A DNA stretch of 63,957 nucleotides, the filler included, from Folioceros fuciformis (Eukaryota), in assembly GCA_049999805.1 (NCBI GenBank). It is 12 parts of 12 records of this genome, joined end to end, with 100 filler letters (N's around TTAATTAATTAA, not from the genome) between each part and the next. Parts side by side here need not be neighbours in the genome. Positions count along the whole stretch, not along the records: positions 1 to 17,656 come from JBNGIO010002268.1; positions 17,757 to 20,358 come from JBNGIO010002272.1; positions 20,459 to 31,857 come from JBNGIO010002273.1; 9 more parts are not named here. The stretch is one strand, 5' to 3'. The translations under genes and the position numbers were made by a program. The notes below the pieces were generated by a model. That model had not been told where the DNA came from, searched no databases, and was given only the letters and a program-made list of their open reading frames with translations. This document shows positions 13,801 to 24,086 of this stretch, piece by piece (within the stretch, counting starts at the first letter, position 1; each line of letters begins with the position of its first letter).

Positions 13801-14134
13801 TGGAGTACCCTAGAGATTTAGATTGTTGGCGAAGGACGTCGGGTGGGGTTTTGAGGGCAAAATTTGTGAACAGGAACCACAGCAGACGTCCCAAGCAAAG
13901 CCCAGCCCACCACCAGGCAGCACAACATTTGAGATAGATGCCAAGCAGAGCTACGTGTGATAGCATGTGCGGAGTGGCAAAATCCAAGCACGCCATAACG
14001 AAAGGCGATGTGAGGGGCCAAAATACCAGACAGTCTTGGATAGTAGATGATAATGAGACCGTGTCACAAGTTGCTTGCGAAGCTACTTGACAGATGTTGC
14101 AACGATGGTGGAGACCAATTGCTGAGCACCCCAT

Positions 14135-14168
<34 letters not shown>

Positions 14169-14718
14169 GAGTAACCGGCCACTCCAATCCATCTTCTGGG
14201 GACCCCCTGGCGGAGGGCCTCATGAAGACGAAGATGCTGGAATCCAATCGAGAGGCTGGCGCGTGCAGACTTCCATGTGACACCCAGGCACAAATAGAAG
14301 CAACGCGCATTGTCGTTGTAGCAGGGCCCGACAATGTGATGTGCCATGGCAAGCTGGCAAGCTCAGAGCTGGATGCGGGAGCCTGGCCCCGACTCTGGAA
14401 ACAGGCTCCGATCCGATCCGGCCCGACCCGGCCCGGGCCACGGGTAGAGCATGCAGACGAGGATGAGACGGAAAGCAGTTGGGAGAGATGCAGCAGGCAG
14501 GCAGCAGGGAGTGATGCAGCGAGCAGGGCAAGGGGCTGGGGCAGGAAGAGGGCCTGAATGGTGATCCGGTCGCAGAGCGAGCGCAGCAGAGTCTGAAGCT
14601 TCTCCCAGTGCAATGTGGTGATGACGGGCACATGCTGCACCGCCAGCACGTCTCGGATGATGGCCACATCTTCCGCGTCCGTTCTGGAGACTGCATCGGG
14701 CAACGCCGGCTCCACCAT
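7801..14718 (-). CDS. Large multi-exon coiled-coil protein, QRICH2/C16orf96 (DUF4795)-like; probable flagellum/sperm-associated
   Basis: Exons join in phase: 14718-14554 (MVEPALPD..ITIQ), 13792-13719, 13616-13514, 13430-~12740 (heptad repeat, polyPro), then many short exons to TAA at 7801. A spliced C-terminal motif AMLSGKPLIGFKCMSCDHPL resembles the FHCLSCDRP motif of DUF4795 proteins. The gene is confident; the family call is moderate. Confidence 0.8.
13067..13318 (-). repeat. Coding 21-nt tandem repeat, 12 x HFMEDTK-like heptads
   Basis: HFMEDSK HFMEDTK HFMDDTK HFMDDTK HFIEDSK NFMDDTK HFMEDTK HFMDEST HFMEATK HFMEDSQ HFMEDTK NFMDDVD. Confidence 0.95.
14136..14168 (+). repeat. (TAA)11 microsatellite in intron 1
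   Basis: Seen directly in the sequence. Confidence 0.95.
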
Positions 14719-15741
14719 CGCCGCCGGTGGCGTGCTCCACACAGATCAAACACCCACACACACACAATCTGCAATCCAGGCAGGCGCGCTCTCTCTTGCG
14801 TTTGCCCGCCTGCCTTGCTCGCCTCGGCTATGTCCCAGACAAGCCTGGCCAAGGCGAAGCCGAAGCCAAGTTAAAAGGTTCGTCGGTTCGCGGGGGCTGG
14901 AGCCCCGGGCTAAGGCGGGTCTTCGTTTTCGTTGCGTTGCGTTGCGTTGCGTTCCTTTTAAAAGCCTTTCCTTTCTGTTAAATAGACTACCATCTAATAG
15001 AGCCTTCCTTCCAATAGTTACGTTCTCGCTCACGCACTCTTGAAGCTCTCCTTTTAACACCTTAACACACGTCACTCCTTGATGTAGTTAGGTTTACTAG
15101 GCGCAAAGTTAAGCTACCACTACTACTAACCCACACTAAGTCCTCCTTCAGGCATACAAGCAAAAGACTAACACATTCCCACTCCTGCTAACTCCTCCTG
15201 CCTCTAATATCCCTGCCCATAAAAACACACACACGTGGCATAGCCCTACACCAACAACCCCCACTTCTCCTCATTCAACTCTTCTTATTCCACCTTCTCA
15301 GCCGAATAAATTGGATTGCATTCCTCCATACAAGCTCTCTTCACTCACCAACAACCTTCATGGTCTTCAAAACAAGGAACTTACGCTGATATGGCCTACT
15401 TTGATTCATTCAATGCGATGGAAGACAAAACTTTAGCAACCTTGACCAAAACCTTAATATGTTGGAGATGGAGATGTTGATGGTACATGAAGGAGGTGGG
15501 TTGCTCAAAGCTTTAGACTTGTGTACTCTTTTGTGGGTGCAGCCTTGGGTACAAGGTGAATGAACTTATAACTCAAAGCTTTCTTGTTTTCAATTAGGTG
15601 ACCTAACGCAAGAACTTTAGAATAGCAGCTTTAGAGCAAGCAAGCAATAGGTGCATATATCATAGGCAGGATGGTATGGCTAGAATCAATATATTGCCTA
15701 AGAGTAGTGTGGAGCAGCAACTGTTCACATGAGTGCAGATT

Positions 15742-16797
15742 ATGGAAGCAGCCATTGCAGCAAACACCAAAAGATTTGCTGTCAGGCTCACAGACAAAGC
15801 AGCTCGACCAAATCGCTTGTTTTCAATATACGAATTGAAGACGGTGCGAAGTGACATCAACTCCTTGTTTGATGCAGCCGAACAAGGAGATACTAAGGCT
15901 ATATATAGGTTTTCAACCACTAGGGATTTTGATATCGATGCAAAGGTTGGCCATGGAGGATCTATCTTGTACTCTTCTTCAACAACACTTAAGATAACAA
16001 TAATAATAACAATAGCAGAAAGATGGATTTGTTTAGCTCAACTCTACCTTTTGATACATGGCTCATTGCATCATTAAGTAGGCATTTCGTGTGATAGGAC
16101 AAATATGGAAGAACAGCTCTTATCTGGGCTGCAGACTGTGGTCATCTCCCCGCATGTGCAGCTCTTATTCGCCTTAGTGCTAGCATCCACATTGCAGACC
16201 AACATAGTGGCAGGCATTTTGCACATCAAATCCATTTTCTTGTTATAATTCCTTCCTAGACCCTATGCATCCCGTCAACTCTGCTCTTCTAACATTTGCA
16301 GGATGGCCATCCACTGGGCTGCAAGATCGGGAAATTTGGGTATAGTCCGTATCCTAAGCATGTGGGTCTTTTTGTCCTTTCCAAAACCTAGCTTAACCAA
16401 GTTCAAAAAGAGTAAGAGAACAGATCAAGTTCTTGACAAAGAAATAGAACTATTAGTACAATATGGCGCAGACTTCAACAAAGAGGACATATTTGGGCTC
16501 ACACCTTTGTATCTTGCAAAAGCAAAAGGTCTAGAAGGTGAAGACGTGTTTGCCTATTTACTGGCTGAAGGCGCAGCTTACAATGAATGTGAAGCAGCTA
16601 ATGTTAGGTTAGCCCAAATCGCTGCCGAAGCTTCTATTGCAGCCACTATGGCTGCAATTGATGCTGGACCCAAATCCAAGACCAAAAGGAAGGGCTCAAA
16701 AGCACTTGTGCCTGCTGAGTCATCCATTGAAGACCCACCAGTAGAAAATGACAAGCCTAAGTACTCTAATGGAGTTGTTGAAGCCAATGGTTTTTAA
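15742..16797 (+). CDS. Ankyrin-repeat protein (5' start uncertain)
   Basis: Spliced repeats: LFDAAEQGDTKAI..FDIDAK|DKYGRTALIWAADCGHLPACAALIRLSASIHIADQHSGR|MAIHWAARSGNLGIVQ|LLVQYGADFNKEDIFGLTPLYLA. Introns ~15945-16098, 16214-16301, 16349-16447. Confidence 0.88.
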
Positions 16798-17656
16798 TAA
16801 CCCTCGTGTGATACAGCTTTTCTTTAAGACACCAAGTCTTATCTCAAAGTACATGACAAGAAAACAAACAACCATTTTAAGATGGAATCCGATCATGTAA
16901 CAATATGTTTTCTTCTTTGTTCATAATATGAAAGGCAATTTCAATCATACGGTGATGCATCACTTAAATGTCTTTGTGAGCTGAATTACACTACATCCTC
17001 TTAGAGTTTCACAAAGGGTCGTGAATCAAACAAGAAAACACATTGCCATAGAACCAACTTGCCAATTGCTTCAAACTCACTACAATACTAAACCCAAGGA
17101 TTCCATGTGATGTTTTACTACCATGTTCCTCAAAATGCTAATCTTCCATCCCAATCTTCAAGTGCTTAATTCTCAGGTTGTGGCAACAAGGAAGGATAAA
17201 GGTCCTCAAAATAATTGGTAAGATTTAGGATCAAAGGAGAAGGAGAAAAGGAAGGAGGGAAGAAAAAAAGAGCCATAAAGAAAAATAAATTATATAAGGT
17301 ATTAAAAAATATAAATTATGCTTTGTATTATCTTGGCCTTAAAGATGGGTTGGATGCATTATACTACTTCTTTGATGTGTACATATTGTACATGAAAATA
17401 AAGAGAATATATCATATTATTAATAAATAAAAATTTTTAAATACTATGATTACCATATTTGTCATTTGAGATTTATGTGTTATAAAAAATATATAATTTG
17501 AGGGTGTTATATGTGATGTTGAATAATTGATAGCTTTTAACTCATTAAAAAGATGGAAAAAATGAGTTGAACTCATTAAATTATATAAGGTAAAAAAAAT
17601 AACTATGTCAAAAGAGAGAGAATTTAATATTGAGTTAAAATATCTTAATTTACCTG

Positions 17657-17756
17657 NNNNNNNNNNNNNNNNNNNNNNNNNNNNNNNNNNNNNNNNNNNN
17701 TTAATTAATTAANNNNNNNNNNNNNNNNNNNNNNNNNNNNNNNNNNNNNNNNNNNN
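17657..17756. other. Artificial contig linker N44-TTAATTAATTAA-N44 (also at 20359, 31858, 44892, 46607, 49043, 53078, 55181, 58880, 60879, 62845)
   Basis: Identical 100-bp spacer with stop codons in all six frames, occurring 11 times. Confidence 0.98.
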
Positions 17757-20155
17757 CAGTGTGTCCGGCCCCGGTCCGGCACACCCGTGGATCCAGCGCC
17801 GCTACCTGATCCATTCCGGTCCCGATTCGGCCAGCCCATCGATTAGATGTATGGCCAGATCCAGCCCGCCAATCGATCAACCACCACCTGATCCAGCCAA
17901 ATCACCCGAGTCCACTGGCCAGCCACCCCAGCCGCTACTGCCAACCGCCTGGCAAATTCAGCCAGACAACCAGCCTGGCCGGCTGGTTGCCTACTAAACC
18001 CAGCTGCCCAAAAGCCAGGCTAGCCAACCGGGCGGCTTGGCTCCTACAGGCAGGCCAGCGGCTGGCTTCCAGATCCAGCCTCGGCCTGCATTCGGCCCGC
18101 TCATCTGGCCTCCAACTCCGACTAGCCCGGCCGCTGCATACATTGCCAGAACAGCCTGGCTGCCTACCTGGCCATCTTCAGCTGCAGGCAGGCCGCTTCC
18201 TGGCTGATCCCGTTCGATCTGCCTGGCCTCCCACCAGATCCACGCCTATCTTGGTTTTTGGGCTCGATTCACCACCATCGGCCCGGCCAACTTGCTCTCG
18301 CATACCAGATATCTGGCCAGACCCGCCAAGCACCTCACTGATCCCATCCGATCATGCCACCTGCCCGGCCTCCTGGACTCGGTCGTCACCCATCAGCCAG
18401 GTCGCCTTCCTGGCCTGACTGCTCCCCCGTTTGCAGGCAGCCCGCCAATCTGGCTGCCCACCCAACATCCCGCCATAACCAACCAGCTAGCCCGGCTGGT
18501 TGAGCAGCCCGGCCACCCAAATCAGCCAGCCGGCCTCTAGGCTGGCTACTCCTCTGTGCTCCAGGCTGCCTGGCTCCAGCCGTGAGCAATCACAGCTAGC
18601 CTTATCCATGCCGCCAAGATTCGGCCCCGATTCGCTCTCGTTAGCCCAGCTAGATGTTTAGCCAGGCTTCCCGGATCCGCCAGCAGCCCGCCTGCTTATC
18701 GACCAGCCAGGCCGTCTGTCCGGTCTCTGCTAATCCTCGACTATCTGCCTGGTCGCCTCCCCGCGCAGCCGCCTGCACACTGGCCTCGATTAGCCGCAGC
18801 CAGCTCGGCTAGGATCAAACCGAGGCTTGCTTGGATTGGGTCCAGCGCCACCCCTGGCTTGGGTGTGCATGTGATGTCAGCCTTCCTACTAACCTCCGGA
18901 TCCAGTCCTGTCTACCAGAAGGCCGGCGCCAGGCCTGGCTTCGGGATCCGCCCCCAAGCACCCTGTCGGATTGCCTGCCATATAGGGCTGTTGGACTGCC
19001 CGCTTGCAGCCTAATCGGTTGGCTGGCCGCTGCTGGCCAGCTCGGCCTTTGTTGCCCGGCTCAAGTCCACTCCAGCTAGCTCCTGCAAGCCGGGCGGCTT
19101 GCTTGCTAGCAGACCGACTTGGCCAGCCGCCGTGGGCCGCACACCGGCCTCCCATCTTCAAGGATTTGGCCTGGCAGACCCCCCCTCCCAGATCCTGCTT
19201 AGCCAGCCACCCGCCGGCTTAGATCTGTTGCCAGGCCGCCTATTGATACAGCCTCCTGGCTGGCTGGATTCGCCAGCCCTTCCTTTCCCCAGCCTGCTTC
19301 ATTGCTGCCCCGACCTACCATGCCCGGGGTGTCCAACCAGCCAGGATCTGGCCCGCCCTGGTTCTGAGCCTAGTTTGCCCGGCTGCCTCCAGACGCAACC
19401 AACCGGTCAGGCTAGCTGGTCACATAGCCGCCGCCTGGCTTCTCCACCGTTGACCGACCACCTACAGCCAAAAAAAAAACCTGGCCTGGCTGCTCCCCCG
19501 CTTGCCGGCAGCTTGCAAGCCTGGCTGCCTAGCACCCATGACCAGCCAGCCAGCCCCTACCAGCCAGTAGACCCGCCTTGACCAGATCCTCTACCAGCCC
19601 GACGGTACCCCGGCCTGCTACTGCTGCGGATCCAGCTCCGGTCCCGAGTCGCTCAGGCCGCCCACCTACTCGGCCTGCCTTGCCTGCCGACTGCCTGGAT
19701 CTCCCCCGGCCACTAGTCGACAGGCGGCAGCCTGATGCCTGCTGCTGGGCCGGCTAGCTGCTGGTTCCCTGCCTTAGTGACCCGCACTCCTAGGCCCACC
19801 CTGGCCAGCCCAACTAGCAGACCAGCCTGAGTCCTGGATCGGCCAGCCAAGCTAGCTGAAGCCCAACTAATCCCGCTGCACTCCAGGTTGCCCACCGGCT
19901 CCCGCCGGCTCGCCTGGTTCCTAGTAGCCGGTTGCTCGTGCTACTGAGGTGTCTGCCTGCCCCAGCCTCCTAGCTAGCCACTGCAGGCCATCCTACCGAC
20001 GCTTGACCCGGCCTCCCGGGCCTGCCAGCCAGGCGCCCTTCACCCCCGATTAGCGACTGCTAGGAGCCTACCACCGACCTGCCTGGCTGCTAACCCGGCC
20101 ACCTGTGCTCTCGTGAGCCTTGTCTAGTCGGTGAACTAGAAGTAAGGGCCCGTCA
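17757..20155 (-). repeat. GC-rich degenerate CCAGCC/CCTGGC repeat tract, possibly a long LTR
   Basis: Low complexity with no coherent ORF. On the minus strand a purine tract AAGGATGGGGA precedes TGACGGG at 20155, like a PPT/LTR junction. Confidence 0.45.
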
Positions 20156-21248
20156 TCCCCATCCTTACCCGAGAGCCCCGACTCGCCCTTCGCATGCACA
20201 GTCCTAGGATCCTGCACTCATCTAGACACCCTAGCCAAGGGGGGCTCAAACCCGTGACCTACCTGCCACACTTCCCTCTTAGACCCTATCGACTTACCGT
20301 TAATCTACCTTTAATCTAACCTAATCTCCTAACCACTCCTCTACGAAATTCAATCAGANNNNNNNNNNNNNNNNNNNNNNNNNNNNNNNNNNNNNNNNNN
20401 NNTTAATTAATTAANNNNNNNNNNNNNNNNNNNNNNNNNNNNNNNNNNNNNNNNNNNNGCGTCACCGAGCTATTGCCTGCCGCAGCAGCAGCTGGCAGCG
20501 TCGCAGCGGCCATCTGCGCAAGCCTTCACTCTCTCATCGGAGCTGCTGAACACATATATAGTGGCGGCAGCCGCATTCCCGCTCGTCAGGACAAGGTCGT
20601 GCAAGTCATCTGAATTGCAACGATGTCCGCTGCTTACGACTTCTATGTACGAGTTAGACCCCTCGATCGATCTGTCCCTTGGCTTGGTAAAACGGAACGG
20701 CCCGAGACTCGAGGCTCGTCCTCGTGACATTTAGCTTGGTTGTGTCGACCCACCCACCGGCTTCCTTCCCTTTCCGGTTTTCGTAAGCTGTGATGATATA
20801 CATACATATAATGGGACACGGGCAGGATTTATATATTATTAATTACGATTCTATCCGTATATACTTGTTAAATAATAATGTTTGGAATATATTGCTTTCT
20901 TAATTTTATATTATCTTTAGATAACATTTGGCATCGTTCTCTGTTCTTTTGTGGCACAGGTTTCATATAGCCTAGAAATTCTTAGATTGCTTGTCGATTT
21001 TAACTTCTTCTTCTTTTTGTGTTTTTATGTCGCATAATTTCAGACCTTTTGTGCCACAAGTTGTACATAGAAAACTCACCCTAAGACTAAGCACCCTTCA
21101 CACTTTTTCTCTAGTTTTGAGTACCTAATCCTATAGATTATTCAGGTTACATAAGTTACTTAAGATATTTAAAAGTTGGTTGCATTCTACCCCAAACACA
21201 TGGCCTTGAACTCAACTGTAAGTTGTGTCCGGCTGCACAAATTCAGGT

Positions 21249-22095
21249 ATGTGGTGTAGTTGTGCAAGTACAAGGGTCTAGTTGACCTCCAAGATTGAGG
21301 CATGTGGTGCTGTTGTGCAAGTATAAGGGTCTGGTTGTCTTACAAGATTGAGGCATGTGGTGTAGTTGTGCAGGTACAAGGGTCTGGTTGTCTGACAAGA
21401 TTGAGTCATATGGTACGATTGTGTAGGAACACAGCATGGTTGTCTTGCAAGATTGAGGCTTGTGGTCAGTTTGTGCGAGTACACGCCCTAGTTATCGTGC
21501 AAGATTGAGACGTGTGGTTAAATTGTGCAAGTACATAGCTTGGTTGTCTTCCAAGTCGTCTTGCAAGATTGAGGCGTGTGGTAAGGTTGTGCAAGTACAT
21601 GGCCAGGTTGTGCAAGTACACGACCAGGTTGTCGTGCAAGATTGAGGCTTGTGGTCAGGTTATGTAAGTACACACCTGGTTGTCTTCCAAGTTCATGTGT
21701 AACATGAGCAGAAAGGGCTTAGTTGTCTTGCAAGTTCATGTATAACATGTCATTGAGCAGAAATGGCCGTAAAGTCACCCGGTATACGTTGTCTTGCAAG
21801 TCAACTACAGCTACAGATTGTCTTGCAAGTCAGCTATAGGTTGTCTTGCAAGTCCAAGTACAAATTGTGTTGCAAGTGAGGTACATGTTATCAAGCAAGT
21901 CCATATGTAACATGAGGATAAATGGTCGTGAGGTCGCTAGGTACAGGTTGTCTTGCAAGTCCATGTGGAACATGAGTAGAAAGGACCGTGAAGTCACCTT
22001 TGGGTTGTGCGTCTGCTGCAAAGGTTTAGGCATGTATGTGCAATTGTATAAGAAGAGGGTCTGGTTGTCTCGCAAGATTATGTGTAACATGAGCA
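21249..22095 (+). repeat. Degenerate 53-bp minisatellite (tgtggtgtagttgtgcaagtacaagggtctggttgtcttgcaagattgaggca), decaying rightwards
   Basis: Units at ~21250, 21303, 21356 and onward; the ttgtcttgcaag core recurs to ~22075. Confidence 0.88.
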
Positions 22096-22545
22096 TAAAT
22101 TCAAGAAGGCAACAAGCCTTCAAAGGCTTCTATTTGGTATTGAAAAATAGAGCAGGAGGCTCAATCTTAGTTGCTTTGGCCTTCTCAAAGCCTTAATGTG
22201 TGCAAGCACAAACCATGTTATGCATTACTGCTTCCTAGCTTTGAAGGGCCTTTCCTTTTCACAAAACATGTTATGTATCTATTGCTTTCTGACTCAAGAG
22301 TTTTCTGACTCAAGAGTTCTTTCCCTTCCACACACGGCTGAAGAATTAAGCAATCATGCAAGTATAGTATGAGATTCCAAGAGTGTGAATTGTGTAATTT
22401 AGCTGGCTTGGGGATCTTCTCAAGTAGGAGAGCCGGTTTTGTATGCTCCATCCAAGGACATGCATGCTGAGTTTGATACAAATGTATCGTGCTTTATCAT
22501 ATAATCGAATGGATGATTGCAGATAAGAGTTCCTTCTCTTGTTTG

Positions 22546-22660
22546 TGCAACATATGCAGAGAACTCTAGGTGACAAGTTGATTATGCAACATATATAAAG
22601 AGCTCTAGGTAATAAGTTGATTTTGCAACATACACAGGGAACTCTAGGTAACAAGTTGAG
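22546..22660 (+). repeat. 39-bp tandem repeat x3
   Basis: gcaacata....ga.ctctaggt.a.aagttga repeated three times. Confidence 0.85.
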
Positions 22661-24086
22661 ACATCCATCGTGTGGCCAATCACTTAGGAAAGAGGAAAAC
22701 TCTTTTTCTATGATTATGATATCCCTTTGCGCATTCTCGATAAACCATAAAAAGTCCTTGTACAAGAGCAACTCCATGGACTAATTCAAACTTTGAAAGA
22801 TGACATAGAGAATGAGGTGAACTGGAAGCAGCACGTTTGGATCTTGTCAGCTTGCCCAAGGCTGCAGGCAAGGGGTAGGTGCTGAAGAGATACAACTTGG
22901 CGCTGCAGGTCATTTCTGCTGTAGTGCTCCCGGCCGGGTCCAGCATACCTTAAAATTGACTTATATCCGGGCCATACAAGAGGAAGGCGATGACTGCACC
23001 CGCTAATGTGACATCCGTGTTCCTCTAGAGGCTTATGTTTATGCTCATGTAAGTGTGGGGCAGGCTGCAGCCATATCTTGCTCTCTTGCCCAGTTGCATT
23101 TCCCTGCGTTGTTTCATGTAGCTGCTCTCTCTGCCCCCTGCCCTGTGGGGCACACTCCACTCCCTGGATGCTGCTCACAACCAGGCGAATGGAGTATGGC
23201 AAGTGAGGTACCAGAACAATGAGATTCGTGTGTTGCTCTCTGCAAGGGATCCGTTCATTTTACATGCACCACCCAACCTATACGGTTCGCTACCATTTGT
23301 CCTGGAGGATGCATCCCAGTACAAATGTGGGCCAACCTCTACTTGTGTAGCAAAGAGGTTCTTTCTCCGCTTGCTGGTCAAGCAAAATAGACCCTCCGAA
23401 TTCTCACCGGGACTGTGTTTCTCTTGCATGAGGACCACGATGTGCAAATCCCGTGTCCCTTAGGAAACCTACAGCATTCACTGTTTTCCTCGGCGAGAAG
23501 GCCTGGTACAGCAGTTACTTCCTCCAATTGTAAGTAACATTGGTGGATGTTACCGGGCATCTTGGTTGATCCGTTTGGTGTCTGCTGATGTCTTGTTCCC
23601 ATCCGTCTGTGTATACGTTCCTGGCCAGATTTCAGCCAGCCCAATTTCCCTCACCTGCATTGGCCGTCACAGTTATCGGAGTCCAAGACTCCAACCCCGT
23701 GCACAGCAGACAGGGCAGAAGGACGAGAGAAAAAGAAATGACTACTACGTTGCACGGATCCTCGTGGCTGAGGCCATGTCTAGGTTTCAAGTTCCGGCCC
23801 GTAAGAGGATGAGAAGCACACTCTGGATCTTCACAATCTCAGGAACCGTTCTTCCGATCCTTGCACCGTGTTTGTAATCGCGACGAGCAAGACTAATCGC
23901 AGCGGCGAGGGACAGTTCGGAATCGTAGGCACGGGGTATTGCTGGATTCGTAGTGAGACCGCTCTGAGACTGTTGGGTTTTGTGCTACTTACTTGTGGGT
24001 GCTTCGCGACCTGGCGGTGCAGCTTCTAGGGTGCTTTTCTGGGGGCGCGGCGGGATCAGTCTGCCCTTGTAAGCTTAGGGGTGGCC

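Noticed and set aside
13589..14347. 252-aa ORF with poly-Tyr, and overlapping poly-Ile/poly-Asn ORFs
   Set aside because: Products of the intronic (TAA)11 microsatellite and read-through of exon 2.
17761..19895. Pro/Ala/Leu-rich ORFs in the GC-rich contig
   Set aside because: Expected by chance in GC-rich low-complexity DNA; frames are inconsistent and lack motifs.
20235..20300. tRNA gene or SINE from the GGTTTGAGCCC B-box-like motif
   Set aside because: No cloverleaf, A box or tail is visible.
20470..20730. 86-aa minus-strand ORF at a contig edge
   Set aside because: No recognisable domain; context is truncated.
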